This document shows, piece after piece, positions 25,604-36,005 of a stretch of 37,624 nt of DNA (position 1 is the stretch's first letter; every line of letters starts with the position of its first letter). The stretch is from an uncultured Neomegalonema sp. (GTDB lineage Bacteria > Pseudomonadota > Alphaproteobacteria > Rhodobacterales > Rhodobacteraceae). Position numbers and translations under genes: made by a program. The stretch lies in contig CALFWP010000122.1 of NCBI GenBank assembly GCA_937927905.1, positions 1 to 37,624 of the forward strand, in the 5' to 3' direction. The notes below the pieces were generated by a model that was not told where the DNA came from, searched no databases, and saw only the letters and a program-made list of their open reading frames with translations.

Positions 25604-26980
25604 TCAGTTCAGAGATATCATCTTACCCGGGTTAAGGATGTTCTGCGGATCAAAGGTACGCTTGATTTCCGCCATAACACCGTAGGCCGCACCGTGTTCG
25701 GCCTCCATATATTTGATTTTTCCGAGACCCACGCCGTGTTCACCGGTCACGGTTCCGCCAAGGCGCAACGAGCGTTCCGCAACCGCATGGGAAAGCTTTT
25801 CAGCAGCCTTCAGTTCGTCAGGGTTTTCGGGATCAATCATGATGGCGAGGTGAAAGTTTCCGTCGCCGACATGGCCGACCATAGGCGCAATCAGGCCGCT
25901 TTTTCTGATATCTTCCTTTGTCTCCAGAATGGCTTCCGCAAGCCTGGAGATCGGAACGCAGGAATCAGTGATATAACCGCGTTTACCGGGCCACATGGCT
26001 TTCACACCATAATATGCGTCATGCCGCGCACGCCAAAGGCGGTTGCGATCCTCCTCACGGGTGGCCCATTCAAAGCCCAGTCCGCCATGTTCAGCCGAGA
26101 TTTCCCCGAAGCGCTCGGCCTGTTCCGCAACACCGCTATCCGTACCGTGAAACTCCAGAAACAGCGTGGGGCGCTCGGGAATACCCATCTTTGAATAGGC
26201 ATTCATGGCTTGTAACTGCAATTCATCCAGAAACTCGATCCGTGCAACCGGCATCCCGAGCTGGATCGTTTCAATCACTGATTGTACCGCACCCTCGACG
26301 GTTTCAAAGCCGCATGTCGCCGAAGACACCGCTTCAGGCTGTCCGAAGAGTTTTACGGTCAGTTCCGTCATGATGCCCAATGTACCTTCGGACCCGACGA
26401 ACAATTTACACAAGTCATACCCGGCGGAAGATTTGCGGGAGCGGGATCCGGCGCGGATCACACGCCCGTCGGCCAGAACCACTTCACAGGCCAGCACACA
26501 TTCGCGCATAGTCCCATAACGGACGGCATTGGTACCGGAGGCCCGCGTTGCCGCCATGCCACCTATACTGGCATCCGCGCCGGGATCGACAGGAAAGAAA
26601 AGGCCGGTTGCCCGTAAATCCTCATTCAGCTGTCTGCGGGTGACACCGGGCTGGACCACGGCGTCCATATCTTCCTGATTAACCTTCAGGATAGCATTCA
26701 TACGACTCATATCGAGGCTGATGCCGCCCCTGACGGGCACAATATGCCCTTCCAGAGATGTGCCTGCTCCGTATGCAGTGATCGGACAGCCGGTTTCGCG
26801 GCATATCTCCACAATATTGCGGACATCCTCTGTGGAATGCGGGAACAGCACGGCGTCTGGCCTGACCGGTGCATGATGGGCCTCGTTCCGCGAATACTGC
26901 TCGCGCATTGCGTCCGTTGTCACACACCGGTCCTGAAAAGCGTTACTCAGGCGCTCAAGGGCATCCGCAATAGACATCAT
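25604..26980 (-). CDS. FAD-linked oxidase (GlcD / D-lactate dehydrogenase family)
   Basis: FAD_binding_4 pattern (VLFPHSTEDVRNIVEICRETGCPITAYGAGTSLEGH) and a C-terminal GTVTGEHGVGLGK, 458 aa. Its stop is 19 nt upstream of the cobT start. Confidence 0.85.
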   Translation of the reverse strand: MMSIADALERLSNAFQDRCVTTDAMREQYSRNEAHHAPVRPDAVLFPHSTEDVRNIVEICRETGCPITAYGAGTSLEGHIVPVRGGISLDMSRMNAILKVNQEDMDAVVQPGVTRRQLNEDLRATGLFFPVDPGADASIGGMAATRASGTNAVRYGTMRECVLACEVVLADGRVIRAGSRSRKSSAGYDLCKLFVGSEGTLGIMTELTVKLFGQPEAVSSATCGFETVEGAVQSVIETIQLGMPVARIEFLDELQLQAMNAYSKMGIPERPTLFLEFHGTDSGVAEQAERFGEISAEHGGLGFEWATREEDRNRLWRARHDAYYGVKAMWPGKRGYITDSCVPISRLAEAILETKEDIRKSGLIAPMVGHVGDGNFHLAIMIDPENPDELKAAEKLSHAVAERSLRLGGTVTGEHGVGLGKIKYMEAEHGAAYGVMAEIKRTFDPQNILNPGKMISLN

Positions 26981-27063
26981 CCGCTTTCCTTCATACGGGC
27001 ACTCTGTTTACCGCAGGACACGCTGTGGGAAAGCTGAAAATAGCACAATCGTTTTATCAGCAT

Positions 27064-27108
27064 GAAAAAAATAAAGCCCCGGCATGCACTGCTCCGGGGC
27101 CTTTTGTC
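27064..27108 (-). terminator. rho-independent terminator (usable in both directions) after the PPIase gene
   Basis: GCCCCGG (27076-27082) pairs with CCGGGGC (27094-27100). The stem is flanked by an A-run on the plus strand (a T-run on the minus strand) and by CTTTTGT downstream. Confidence 0.75.
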
Positions 27109-27129
27109 TTCACATCCACAATCCGCACT

Positions 27130-28023
27130 TTATTCTGCGTCGGAATACATTTCCGGACGGCGGATAAGGAAAGCAGGCGGTGTATCGTCGGGTTTGGTCA
27201 CATCAGTGGTTTCTTTGATTTCCAGGATAATCGCCTGTGCCGTGCTCTGTGTCAGTTGCTGGCGCAGCTGTCCTTCCACGTCCTCAAAGGCAGGCGGCTG
27301 GGTCATGCGACGGTCTTCAACCTTGATGACATGCCACCCGAATTGCGTTTTAACCGGGTCGGAAATCTCGCCGGGCTTCATCGAAAAGGCGGCTTCCGCA
27401 AACGGTGCGACCATATCGCCCTTTTTGAAGTACCCCAAATCCCCGCCGGACGCTCCTGATGGACCGGTGGATTTTTCTGCAGCGAGCTTTGCGAAATCCG
27501 CATCGGTATCCCGCAGGGTTTTTGTCAGGTCTTTCGCATCATCCTCTTCATCAACCAGAATATGCCGTGCACGGACCTCTTCTTCTTCCGAAAAATCGGC
27601 AGTAAGCTTGACATAAGCTTCACGCATGGCTTCGTCGGTGACTCGTTCGGCAAGTTCCGCAGCAATATAAGCCTCGGCCAGTGTTGCACGCCGGGCAGCG
27701 GCAAGCCGTGCCTTTACAACGCGGGTTTTTTCGAGACCATCCTCCAGCGCCTTATCCATCAAAGCGTATTCACTGATCAGCTGTTCCGTAATTGCCTCAA
27801 GCATAACAGTGTCCGGCTGCGAACGCATCTGATCCGGCAATGTCGAGAATGTCAGCGCGGCATCACCGATTGTGACCTTGTTTTTGCCCACAATGGCCAA
27901 CACTTCACTGCCGTCATTCTGGGAGAGGGCAACTTTCAACTCACTGTCGCCAACAGATTGGGCGGATGCCGTGCCAATGCCCAAAGCCAAAACGATCATG
28001 CTTGTAAGTGTGGTTTTCATCAA
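27130..28023 (-). CDS. periplasmic parvulin-type peptidyl-prolyl cis-trans isomerase (SurA/PpiC-like)
   Basis: Signal peptide [23 protein letters not shown]. Rotamase domain ARHILV...[21 protein letters not shown]...[22 protein letters not shown]. It is divergent from secA, as is common in alphaproteobacteria. Confidence 0.85.
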   Translation of the reverse strand: MMKTTLTSMIVLALGIGTASAQSVGDSELKVALSQNDGSEVLAIVGKNKVTIGDAALTFSTLPDQMRSQPDTVMLEAITEQLISEYALMDKALEDGLEKTRVVKARLAAARRATLAEAYIAAELAERVTDEAMREAYVKLTADFSEEEEVRARHILVDEEDDAKDLTKTLRDTDADFAKLAAEKSTGPSGASGGDLGYFKKGDMVAPFAEAAFSMKPGEISDPVKTQFGWHVIKVEDRRMTQPPAFEDVEGQLRQQLTQSTAQAIILEIKETTDVTKPDDTPPAFLIRRPEMYSDAE

Positions 28024-28266
28024 AAGTCTTCCTTGATTAGCGCAAATAGCGGTGCCTGTGCCTTATGGCGTATTGAGGTAACATTGACATACTCTTACCC
28101 GCTGCATAAGTCTCCGGCCAGTCCGCAAAACAGTGCTTTTCCGGTTTAATGCCCTGTAGCAATCCTTTAAAGTCCTTAGGGTAAGGACCGGTTCGCGGGA
28201 GACAATGGCTTTCGCATGGCCGGAATAAGACAATGACGCGGGAAAACCGCAGAAAGGCAGTGTCGC

Positions 28267-31011
28267 ATGTTGGGTCTCGACAAAGTCGCTAAAAAAATAT
28301 TCGGGACCGCGAATGACCGCAAGGTCAAGGCGGCCATGAAGTCTTTAACGGGTGTTGAAGGACTTGAAAGCGGCCTTGAGGCGCTGTCTGACGAGCAATT
28401 GCGCACCAAAACACAGGAATTCCGTGACCGGCATCAAAAAGGTGAAACGCTTGACGCTCTGATGAACGAGGCGTTCGCTGTGGTGCGCGAGGCAGCCAAA
28501 CGCTCTCTCGGCCTGCGGCCTTTCGATGTGCAGTTGCTCGGCGGTTATATTCTGCACCAAGGTAACATTTCCGAGATGCGCACCGGTGAGGGTAAGACCC
28601 TTGTTGCGACGCTACCGGTCTATCTCAATGCGTTGGCCGGTAAGGGTGTGCATGTTGTCACCGTCAATGATTATCTTGCCTCCCGCGATGCGGAATGGAT
28701 GGGGGCGGTCTACAAATTCCTCGGCCTGACGGTCGGCACGATCATCGCCGGTATGGATGATGACCAGCGCCGCGAAGCTTATGCCTGTGATGTGACCTAC
28801 GCGACAAATAACGAACTGGGTTTCGATTACTTGCGCGACAACATGAAATATTCCGTTGAGGAGATGGTGCAGCGGGGCCACCATTATGCGATTGTGGATG
28901 AGGTGGACTCGATCCTTGTGGACGAGGCGCGTACCCCGCTGATCATTTCCGGCCCTGCGGAGGATTCCAGCGAACTGTACATGGCGGTTGACCAGTTAAT
29001 TCCGCAACTGACCGAAGAGCATTTCGAGATTGACGAGAAACAGCGGTCTTCAACTTTGACCGAGGACGGTAACGAGGCGGCAGAGAAACTATTGCGGGAA
29101 ATGGGCGTGCTTCAGGCGGAAGCCTCACTTTACGATCCCGGCAATGTCTCGATCGTCCACCATGTCAATCAGGCGCTGCGGGCGCATAAAATTTTCCTGC
29201 GCGACCGGGATTACATGATCAAGGATGGCCGGATCATGCTGATTGACGAGTTTACCGGCCGTGCCATGGAAGGCCGCCGCCTCTCCGAAGGGCTGCATCA
29301 GGCGATCGAAGCGAAAGAGGGCGTGCAGATCATGCCTGAAAACACCACGCTCGCCTCGATCACCTATCAGAACTATTTCCGGCTTTATGAAAAGCTGGCG
29401 GGCATGACCGGCACGGCACTGACCGAGGCAGAGGAATTCGCCGAAATCTACGGCCTTGAAGTCATCGAGATTCCCACGAACCTGCCGGTTGCCCGCGAGG
29501 ATGTGGATGATGAAGTCTACCGCTCCACCCGCGAGAAATACGATGCAATTGTCGAAGAGATCGAGGCGGCACGCGCCAAGGGACAGCCGATACTGGTCGG
29601 CACAACATCCATCGAGAAATCGGAATTTCTGGCAAAACTGCTGACTGAAAAGGGCTTTAAGCTTAAGGACACCTCACAGGTGAACGCCTTCGAGCCGCTT
29701 TATGACGGGGATAGCGGCACCGATGCCGAGCAGGTCTTTGCCGTTCTGAACGCGCGCTATCACGAACAGGAAGCCGCGATTGTGGCTCAGGCCGGTGTGC
29801 CCGGTGCCATCACGATTGCCACCAATATGGCGGGTCGGGGAACCGATATTAAACTCGGTGGAAATGCGGAGATGCGCATTGCCCATGAGTTGGGCGAGAC
29901 GCCGGACGAAGCAAAGGCGCAAGAGATCCGCAATGCCGTTCAGCAGCTTGAGGCCAAGGCAAAGGCGGCAGGCGGTCTTTACGTGCTGGCGACCGAACGC
30001 CATGAAAGCCGCCGTATTGATAATCAGCTCAGGGGGCGTTCCGGGCGTCAGGGCGATCCCGGAAAGTCGAAATTCTATCTGTCGCTCGAAGATGATCTGA
30101 TGCGGATTTTCGGCTCCGAGCGCATGGATAAAATGCTGCAACGCCTCGGACTTCAGGAGGGCGAGGCCATTGTCCACTCCTGGGTCAATAAGGCGATTGA
30201 ACGGGCACAGGGCAAGGTCGAGGCCCGCAACTTTGATATCCGTAAAAACGTCCTCAAATACGACGACGTGATGAATGATCAGCGCAAGGCGATCTTTGAA
30301 CAGCGCCTTGAGGTCATGGAAGCCACGGATGTTGCCGAAACCGCCCGCGACATGCGCCATGCCCTGATCGACGATCTGGTTGCACAGCATATTCCGGAAA
30401 ATTCCTATGCAGAGCAATGGAATATGGATGGCTTGGGTCAGGAGCTGGCCAATATCTTCGGTCGTGAATTCCCGGTTGCGGACTGGGCCGATGAAGAAGG
30501 TGTGGCGGATGAGGAAATCCGCGAGCGCCTCTATAAAATGGGCGATGAAGTCGCAGCCGAAAAAACCGAGCTGATCGGTGAAGACCAGATGCGCGCGGCC
30601 GAAAAGGAACTGATTTTGCGCGCCATCGACGACGAATGGCGTGCGCACCTTTTACGGATGGAGCATCTGCGTCAGGTTGTCGGTCTGCGCGGCTATGCAC
30701 AGAAAGACCCGCTCAACGAATATAAAACCGAAGCCTTCACCATGTTTGATGGCCTGCTGACGCGCTTACGCGGCGCGGTGACCCAGCGCCTGATGCGCAT
30801 TGACGAAGCCATGGAGAACCAGCGGCGACAATTCCTGATGATGTTCCTGCAATCCGATGAGGGACAGCAGGCCGTACAAAAGGCGGTTGTTGAGTCCGGT
30901 GTGCGTCCCGAAAATGGCGATACGGAAGTCACGATCGAAACACCTTTCGGTCCTGCAACCATACGCCTGACCGCTCAGGAACCGCCAGCACAGGGACAAG
31001 GCGTCGCCTGA
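28267..31011 (+). CDS. secA: preprotein translocase ATPase SecA
   Basis: [12 protein letters not shown]..., Walker [49 protein letters not shown], 914 aa. The C-terminus lacks the CxCxSGxxYKxCH zinc motif. Confidence 0.95.
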   Translation: MLGLDKVAKKIFGTANDRKVKAAMKSLTGVEGLESGLEALSDEQLRTKTQEFRDRHQKGETLDALMNEAFAVVREAAKRSLGLRPFDVQLLGGYILHQGNISEMRTGEGKTLVATLPVYLNALAGKGVHVVTVNDYLASRDAEWMGAVYKFLGLTVGTIIAGMDDDQRREAYACDVTYATNNELGFDYLRDNMKYSVEEMVQRGHHYAIVDEVDSILVDEARTPLIISGPAEDSSELYMAVDQLIPQLTEEHFEIDEKQRSSTLTEDGNEAAEKLLREMGVLQAEASLYDPGNVSIVHHVNQALRAHKIFLRDRDYMIKDGRIMLIDEFTGRAMEGRRLSEGLHQAIEAKEGVQIMPENTTLASITYQNYFRLYEKLAGMTGTALTEAEEFAEIYGLEVIEIPTNLPVAREDVDDEVYRSTREKYDAIVEEIEAARAKGQPILVGTTSIEKSEFLAKLLTEKGFKLKDTSQVNAFEPLYDGDSGTDAEQVFAVLNARYHEQEAAIVAQAGVPGAITIATNMAGRGTDIKLGGNAEMRIAHELGETPDEAKAQEIRNAVQQLEAKAKAAGGLYVLATERHESRRIDNQLRGRSGRQGDPGKSKFYLSLEDDLMRIFGSERMDKMLQRLGLQEGEAIVHSWVNKAIERAQGKVEARNFDIRKNVLKYDDVMNDQRKAIFEQRLEVMEATDVAETARDMRHALIDDLVAQHIPENSYAEQWNMDGLGQELANIFGREFPVADWADEEGVADEEIRERLYKMGDEVAAEKTELIGEDQMRAAEKELILRAIDDEWRAHLLRMEHLRQVVGLRGYAQKDPLNEYKTEAFTMFDGLLTRLRGAVTQRLMRIDEAMENQRRQFLMMFLQSDEGQQAVQKAVVESGVRPENGDTEVTIETPFGPATIRLTAQEPPAQGQGVA

Positions 31012-31043
31012 TTACCCGCCGGAACCATTCGAATGAACAGAAT

Positions 31044-31068
31044 ACCCGGCGGATATGCCGGGCATTTT
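31044..31068 (+). terminator. candidate rho-independent terminator of secA
   Basis: CCCGGC (31044-31049), loop GGATAT, GCCGGG (31056-31061), then CATTTTT. Confidence 0.6.
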
Positions 31069-31101
31069 TGGCTGTAATACCGGATTAACAGGGCCGCCAA
31101 T

Positions 31102-31473
31102 TTGCAGAAAACCACACTCCGCATTGATCGCCTGAACCTGCCGCTGTTTATCGGTGTGCTGGATCATGAACATGAAGCGCCACAGAGTGTTATCATGTCG
31201 ATTGATATGCAGGTTGTGATCCCTGACCGCCCCAGTGAGGCGGAATCGGACTATGTGTCTTACGCCCCGGTCGTGGAGTACTTGCAGGCCCTGTCGGAAA
31301 GCGGACGGCATATTGATCTGGTTGAGGAACTGGCCGACGAAATTTTCCGTTTTATTTTCAAAGATACGCGCGTCAAACATGCACGGGTGGAAGTTATGAA
31401 GCCCGACATATTTCCCGAAGCGGCCGGTGTCGGCATCGTCATTGAACGGGAAAATCTCCACTCGAACGCCTGA
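31102..31473 (+). CDS. folB: dihydroneopterin aldolase family protein
   Basis: 123 aa with a TTG start. IRIDRLNLPLFIGVLDHEHEAPQSVIMSIDM and a later VEVMKP match the FolB pattern (tunnelling-fold family). Confidence 0.7.
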   Translation: MQKTTLRIDRLNLPLFIGVLDHEHEAPQSVIMSIDMQVVIPDRPSEAESDYVSYAPVVEYLQALSESGRHIDLVEELADEIFRFIFKDTRVKHARVEVMKPDIFPEAAGVGIVIERENLHSNA

Positions 31474-31537
31474 AAAACCGGCACTGCTTTTAAAAGCGTC
31501 GTTTTTTCGTCCCGATTTGCAGTGTTCTGTGTCAGTC

Positions 31538-31564
31538 TATTATTCTGATAAAAGCAGAATAATA
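31538..31564. promoter_or_regulatory. perfect 10-7-10 palindrome, candidate operator upstream of the solute-binding protein gene
   Basis: TATTATTCTG ataaaag CAGAATAATA read directly. It ends 33 nt upstream of the ATG at 31598. Confidence 0.45.
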
Positions 31565-31597
31565 CAACATTTACAAATCTGTACTCAGGGAGAGAAA

Positions 31598-33193
31598 ATG
31601 ACCGACGATCAAAAACTTATAGAGAACATTCTGGCGGATAAAACCGCCTCCCGCCGTGATTTCATGGTCGGTGCGATGGCGCTGGGCATGACGGCAACCT
31701 CCGCATCGGCGCTCTGGTCAGGCCGCGCCCATGCAGCAAAACCGAAAAAAGGCGGGCATCTCAAGGCCGGCCTGAACGACGCGAACACGATCGATTCACT
31801 CGATTCGGCGACGTATAACGCGACATTCATGATCGTTGTCAGCCGCGCGTTCCGCGACAGTCTTGTTGAGGTCGGACAGGACAATTCCGCCTCCCCTGCT
31901 CTTGCGGAAAGCTGGGAAGCCAGTGATGACGCGACCGAATGGCGCTTTAAACTGCGCAAAGGCGTCGAATTCTCGAATGGCAAGAGCCTGACGACGGAAG
32001 ACGTCATCAACTCGATCAACACTCACCGCGGCGAAGATTCGAAATCCGGTGCGAAAGGCGTATTTGAAGCCATCGAAGACGTCACCGCCGACGGTAAGGA
32101 TACCGTGGTTGTGAAACTGGCTTCGGGCAATGCGGACTTCCCGTTCCTGATGACCGATTATCACCTGACTATCGTGCCCACCGTGGACGGCAAGCCCGAT
32201 GTGAATTCAAAGCACGGCACCGGCACCTATCTGCTCAAAGATTTTGAACCGGGTATCCGCGCCAGCTTTGAAAAGAACCCGAATTCCTGGCAAGGCGACG
32301 AGTTCGGTCACTTTGACAGTGCCGAGCTTGTGGCGATCCTCGACGATACCGCACGGGTCAATGCACTGGTCACGGGCGAGGTGGATGTTATCAACCGTCC
32401 GGCGCTGAAGACAATCAACCGTCTGCAACGCAAGCCCGGTGTTCAGATCATCGACGTGGAATCGAACCTCGCCTTTACCCATCCGATGCGGATGGAGGGT
32501 GCGCCGTTTGACAATTACCACTTCCGTCAGGCGCTTAAACTGTCCACAAACCGTGAAGCTTTTGTTGAAAAAGTGCTTTACGGCTACGGTAAAGTCGGTA
32601 ACGACCAGCCGCTCGGACCGCAATTTGCCAGCTATGATCCAGATCTGAAGGTCGAAATGGATCTGGATAAAGCCAAGTTCCACCTGAAAAAATCCGGCCA
32701 TGCCGATACGAAGATCAAGTATTTCTTCGCTGACACGGCCTATGGCGGTGCGGGCGATGCGGCGGAACTGTTCCTTGAGGACTGGCAGGCCGCAGGTATC
32801 GACGTAGAGCTGTCGCGTGAACCGAAAGACGGATACTGGTCCAATGTCTGGAACGTAAAACCGTTCTGTGCCTGTTACTGGGGTCCGCGTCCGGTCGAGG
32901 ATATGATCCTCTCGATCTGCTATATCGGCGGTGCACCATGGAACGATTCCAATGTCGATATCGCCTCGGTCAATACGCTGGTGAAAGCCTGCCGTGCGGA
33001 GCTTGATACCGCCAAGCGTAAAGACATGTACCAGACCGTGCAGCACCTCTTGTCGGATCGCGGCGGCACAATCATTCCTGCCTTCGGTAAGGATGTTGCC
33101 GCAGCCTCCGAGAAAATCGGCATCGGCGGGAAACTCGGAGGCGGCTGGGAAATGGATGGCGGCCACTTCATCAAACGTTGGTGGATGGCATAA
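31598..33193 (+). CDS. ABC transporter substrate-binding protein, family 5 (peptide/nickel/opine type), Tat signal
   Basis: The ATG at 31598 follows AGGGAGAG. The twin-arginine-like signal is SRRDFMVGAMALGMTATSASALWSGRAHA. The body is typical of SBP_bac_5 (NDANTIDSLD, WRFKLRKGVEFSNGKSLTTEDV). The track ORF start at 31427 overlaps folB and is rejected. Confidence 0.85.
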   Translation: MTDDQKLIENILADKTASRRDFMVGAMALGMTATSASALWSGRAHAAKPKKGGHLKAGLNDANTIDSLDSATYNATFMIVVSRAFRDSLVEVGQDNSASPALAESWEASDDATEWRFKLRKGVEFSNGKSLTTEDVINSINTHRGEDSKSGAKGVFEAIEDVTADGKDTVVVKLASGNADFPFLMTDYHLTIVPTVDGKPDVNSKHGTGTYLLKDFEPGIRASFEKNPNSWQGDEFGHFDSAELVAILDDTARVNALVTGEVDVINRPALKTINRLQRKPGVQIIDVESNLAFTHPMRMEGAPFDNYHFRQALKLSTNREAFVEKVLYGYGKVGNDQPLGPQFASYDPDLKVEMDLDKAKFHLKKSGHADTKIKYFFADTAYGGAGDAAELFLEDWQAAGIDVELSREPKDGYWSNVWNVKPFCACYWGPRPVEDMILSICYIGGAPWNDSNVDIASVNTLVKACRAELDTAKRKDMYQTVQHLLSDRGGTIIPAFGKDVAAASEKIGIGGKLGGGWEMDGGHFIKRWWMA

Positions 33194-33238
33194 ACCTCAG
33201 GCCCGGGGCCGCAAACCGGCCCTTATCAAACAAAAAGA

Positions 33239-33269
33239 GCCGCCGGACTGCTTTTCCGGCGGCTTTTTT
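33239..33269 (+). terminator. rho-independent terminator of the SBP gene
   Basis: GCCGCCGGA (33239-33247), a 7-nt loop, TCCGGCGGC (33255-33263), then TTTTTT. Confidence 0.85.
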
Positions 33270-33305
33270 CATGTCCGTGCGCGGTTACGAATAACGGAAA
33301 AGCTC

Positions 33306-33330
33306 AAAAAAACCCGCTGCAGGAGCGGGC
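33306..33330 (-). terminator. rho-independent terminator of the DUF333 lipoprotein gene
   Basis: Minus strand: GCCCGCT, loop, AGCGGG, followed by TTTTTTT (plus-strand A-run at 33306-33312). Confidence 0.75.
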
Positions 33331-33378
33331 TTTCAAGACCATTATGTGTCGCGCAAATATATACGCGATGCGTATTCC

Positions 33379-33717
33379 TTACTGGAACGGCTCAAAAAGC
33401 TGGACCGAGGCCAGCGGATATTCGCTGCCATCCGCAAGGCGGCAGTTTTTCGTCGCGCCGCCTTCTGCGTTTACGTCAGGCCATTCACCGATTGTGCCGC
33501 CTTTGCTGAGGCACAGATCCGCATTCGCATCGCCGCTGCTGGTAACTTCCGGTGCGGGTGGTGGTGCCTTATAGGTCACTTTCGCCGGTGCGCTCGTAAC
33601 GGCATCCGCTGCACTTCCGACAGCAGACGCAGCGTCATCAACGATTTTATTACCGGCAGCACATCCGGCCAAACCGAGCACGGCAACGGAAAGCGACGTG
33701 AGTATAATGTGTTTCAT
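33379..33717 (-). CDS. lipoprotein with a DUF333 (putative hemolysin-like) C-terminal domain
   Basis: The ATG at 33717 follows AGGAG. Lipobox LGLAGCAA. The C-terminal ANADLCLSKGGTIGEW...GGATKNCRLADGSEYPLASV resembles the DUF333 NPAsvyC..kGG....G...C.l.dG pattern. Confidence 0.65.
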   Translation of the reverse strand: MKHIILTSLSVAVLGLAGCAAGNKIVDDAASAVGSAADAVTSAPAKVTYKAPPPAPEVTSSGDANADLCLSKGGTIGEWPDVNAEGGATKNCRLADGSEYPLASVQLFEPFQ

Positions 33718-33987
33718 GAATTGAACTCCTGATTTTGGTCTCCGCTTCGCGGTACGGCGAGGGATATGCGTTAAGAATTCCGGAAAAGCATGGCCCGTCA
33801 ATGCGTGAACTGCATATGAGCAGGTTGACCATGATCAAAGCGCCTACCTGACACCATTTCGTCACAGAGTTGACCACTTGCAGTCCCGGAAAAAAGACTT
33901 ACATGAAAGCGCTGACCGCCTCCGGATACTGTTGCACGGTAATGGTCATATCTGTCACGAAAACACGGCCTGATAAGGAAACACAGG

Positions 33988-34389
33988 GTGAAGATCGGCG
34001 AAGCGGCAAAGCACGCGAATCTTCCGGTCAAAACCGTCCGCTATTATGCTGAAATCGGCCTTGTTGTTCCGAATGGCCGTACCGCATCAGGATATCGTGA
34101 GTACAGCGATACCGCGGTGAGAAAATTACAGTTCGTTGCCCGGGCGCGGGCTTTCGGCTTTGCAATACCGGCCTGTAGAGAGCTGTTGTCATTGTACGAG
34201 GACCGTTCGCGCGCGAGTGCGGATGTAAAGCGGATTGCCTCGGCGCGAATTGACGAGATTGAGGAAAAATTGCAGGAGCTTGCCGGACTCAGGGACGAGC
34301 TGGCGCATCTTGTGGAAAGCTGTGCCGGAAACGCCCGGCCCGATTGCCCGATAATCACCGGACTTTCCGGACAATCACGCGGTGTGTGA
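33988..34389 (+). CDS. cueR: MerR-family Cu(I)-responsive regulator (CueR/HmrR type)
   Basis: MKIGEAAKHANLPVKTVRYYAEIGLV...GYREYSD (MerR HTH), a dimerisation helix, and the C-terminal CAGNARPDC (C-x7-C) metal loop. The start is GTG, after AAGGA. Confidence 0.75.
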   Translation: MKIGEAAKHANLPVKTVRYYAEIGLVVPNGRTASGYREYSDTAVRKLQFVARARAFGFAIPACRELLSLYEDRSRASADVKRIASARIDEIEEKLQELAGLRDELAHLVESCAGNARPDCPIITGLSGQSRGV

Positions 34390-34452
34390 AAAACGGTTCT
34401 AAGACCATCCGGAAACTGTCATACAATTGAATTTCTGATAAGGAGTGTTGCG

Positions 34453-35100
34453 ATGTTCGGACTGTTCAAATCCTCCACCATTCCGACGGCTGAGACGGCT
34501 TTGCCCGGCCGGTCGGAGGCAATACCGACAGCTGAGACGCATACCGTTCTCGGCACCCCCATCAAACCGCCCTTTCCGGAGGGGATTGAAACGCTCTATT
34601 TCGGCTTTGGCTGTTTCTGGGGTGCGGAACGCCGGATGTGGAATGTCGATGGTGTTTATGCCACCGCTGTCGGTTATGCGGGCGGGCACACGCCAAATCC
34701 GACCTATAAGGAAGTCTGCACCGGCAAAACCGGCCATAACGAGGTGGTTATGGTTGCCTATAACCCTGCAAAAGTCAGTGTACATACGCTAATGAAAGTG
34801 TTCTGGGAAGCACATGACCCAACGCAGGGTATGCGCCAGGGCAATGATGTCGGGACGCAATACCGCTCCGGTATTTATGTCACCTCGGAGGACCAGCGCA
34901 CGGCAGCACTTGAAACGCGGGATGAAGTGGCGGCCCAACTGTCGGCAAAGGGGTATCCGGCAATCACGACCGAGATCCTGGATGCGCCAGAGTTTTACTT
35001 TGCCGAAGACTATCACCAGCAGTACCTGGATAAAAACCCGGGCGGGTATTGCGGCCTGCGCGGAACCGGTGTCACCTGTTCTATCGGTGCCGCCACGTGA
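34453..35100 (+). CDS. msrA: peptide-methionine (S)-S-oxide reductase
   Basis: [13 protein letters not shown]...[30 protein letters not shown]...[23 protein letters not shown], 215 aa. Confidence 0.93.
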   Translation: MFGLFKSSTIPTAETALPGRSEAIPTAETHTVLGTPIKPPFPEGIETLYFGFGCFWGAERRMWNVDGVYATAVGYAGGHTPNPTYKEVCTGKTGHNEVVMVAYNPAKVSVHTLMKVFWEAHDPTQGMRQGNDVGTQYRSGIYVTSEDQRTAALETRDEVAAQLSAKGYPAITTEILDAPEFYFAEDYHQQYLDKNPGGYCGLRGTGVTCSIGAAT

Positions 35101-36005
35101 GCAGTGCAGCGGGTGAAATACACACCATCTTCGCTACAGTTGACGGTGAAGGCCGTGCACAGGCCCTCGCCGATGCGATGGAAAAAATGCAACCGGAACC
35201 GGCAGGTGTCGGTTGTTTCGAGGTTGACGAGGATAATGACGTCTGGGAGGTGGCCGGATATTTCGGCGCCAACCCGGACGGTCTGTCATTATCACTGCTC
35301 GGGCTTGCCTTTCCGGATGCGAATTTCGTCGTGTCAAAAGTCCCGCCGGAGGATTGGGTTGCAAAAGTCCGGCGGGAACTGACACCGGTTCAAGCGGGGC
35401 GCTTTACACTCCATGGCGGTCATGACCTCGGCAATGCGCCGCCCTCTTCGATCCGCCTGCAAATCGAAGCGGCAATGGCATTTGGCACGGGGCATCACGG
35501 CACAACACGCGGCTGCCTGATGGCAATGGATGAACTTGCCAGACAGAGCCTTTATGCCCGCCGTGTACTGGATCTGGGAACCGGTACGGGTGCACTGGCA
35601 ATGGGTGCCGCAAAATTATGGAAAGCAAAGTGCATTGCCACGGATATCGATCAGGTTGCCGTCGCCACCGCCCGTGAAAACATCCGCTTTAACGGGACCG
35701 GTGCCTTTATCCGGACCTACGAAGCAGGAAGGGCAACCGGCCCTGACGTGTTGCGCTATGCGCCGTATAGTCTCGTGTTCGCCAATATCCTTGCCGCACC
35801 GCTCAAACGGCTTGCCCCACAGATTGCAGCGGTGACAGACTCGGGCAGCGCCGTGATCCTATCCGGTCTTTTACACCGTCAGGCCCCCGGCGTGGCCCGG
35901 GTATTTGAGGGCTGGGGCATGCACGTCAAACAGCGCATCAGACTTGGGGAATGGACAACCCTTCGCCTGCAACGCGCGCACAAATACGGGTGTCAGGACC
36001 GATAG
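35097..36005 (+). CDS. prmA: ribosomal protein L11 methyltransferase
   Basis: The GTG at 35097 overlaps the msrA stop (GTGA). [19 protein letters not shown] and [18 protein letters not shown]...ATDID are PrmA signatures. The track ORF start at 35049 lies inside msrA. Confidence 0.85.
   Translation: MSSAAGEIHTIFATVDGEGRAQALADAMEKMQPEPAGVGCFEVDEDNDVWEVAGYFGANPDGLSLSLLGLAFPDANFVVSKVPPEDWVAKVRRELTPVQAGRFTLHGGHDLGNAPPSSIRLQIEAAMAFGTGHHGTTRGCLMAMDELARQSLYARRVLDLGTGTGALAMGAAKLWKAKCIATDIDQVAVATARENIRFNGTGAFIRTYEAGRATGPDVLRYAPYSLVFANILAAPLKRLAPQIAAVTDSGSAVILSGLLHRQAPGVARVFEGWGMHVKQRIRLGEWTTLRLQRAHKYGCQDR

Noticed and set aside
25052-26194. 380-aa ORF on the plus strand
   Set aside because: It runs antisense across the cobT and FAD-oxidase genes and spans their intergenic gap. 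No motifs. Shadow ORF.
26981-27129. Looked for a cobalamin riboswitch upstream of the oxidase-cobTSC operon
   Set aside because: There is no B12-box-like sequence. The region is largely occupied by the PPIase terminator hairpin.
29674-30648. 324-aa ORF on the minus strand
   Set aside because: It is antisense to secA and has no recognisable motifs. Shadow ORF.
31427-31597. Upstream extension of the solute-binding protein ORF (GTG 31427)
   Set aside because: It overlaps the folB 3' end and the intergenic palindrome. The ATG at 31598 has a strong RBS and is followed immediately by a Tat-type signal peptide.
32207-33166. 319-aa ORF on the minus strand
   Set aside because: It is antisense to the family-5 solute-binding protein gene. 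Shadow ORF.
33821-33834. TTGACCATGATCAA imperfect palindrome as a possible MerR/CueR operator
   Set aside because: It has two mismatches in 14 nt and no matching -35/-10 context with a 19-20-bp spacer. Too weak to call.
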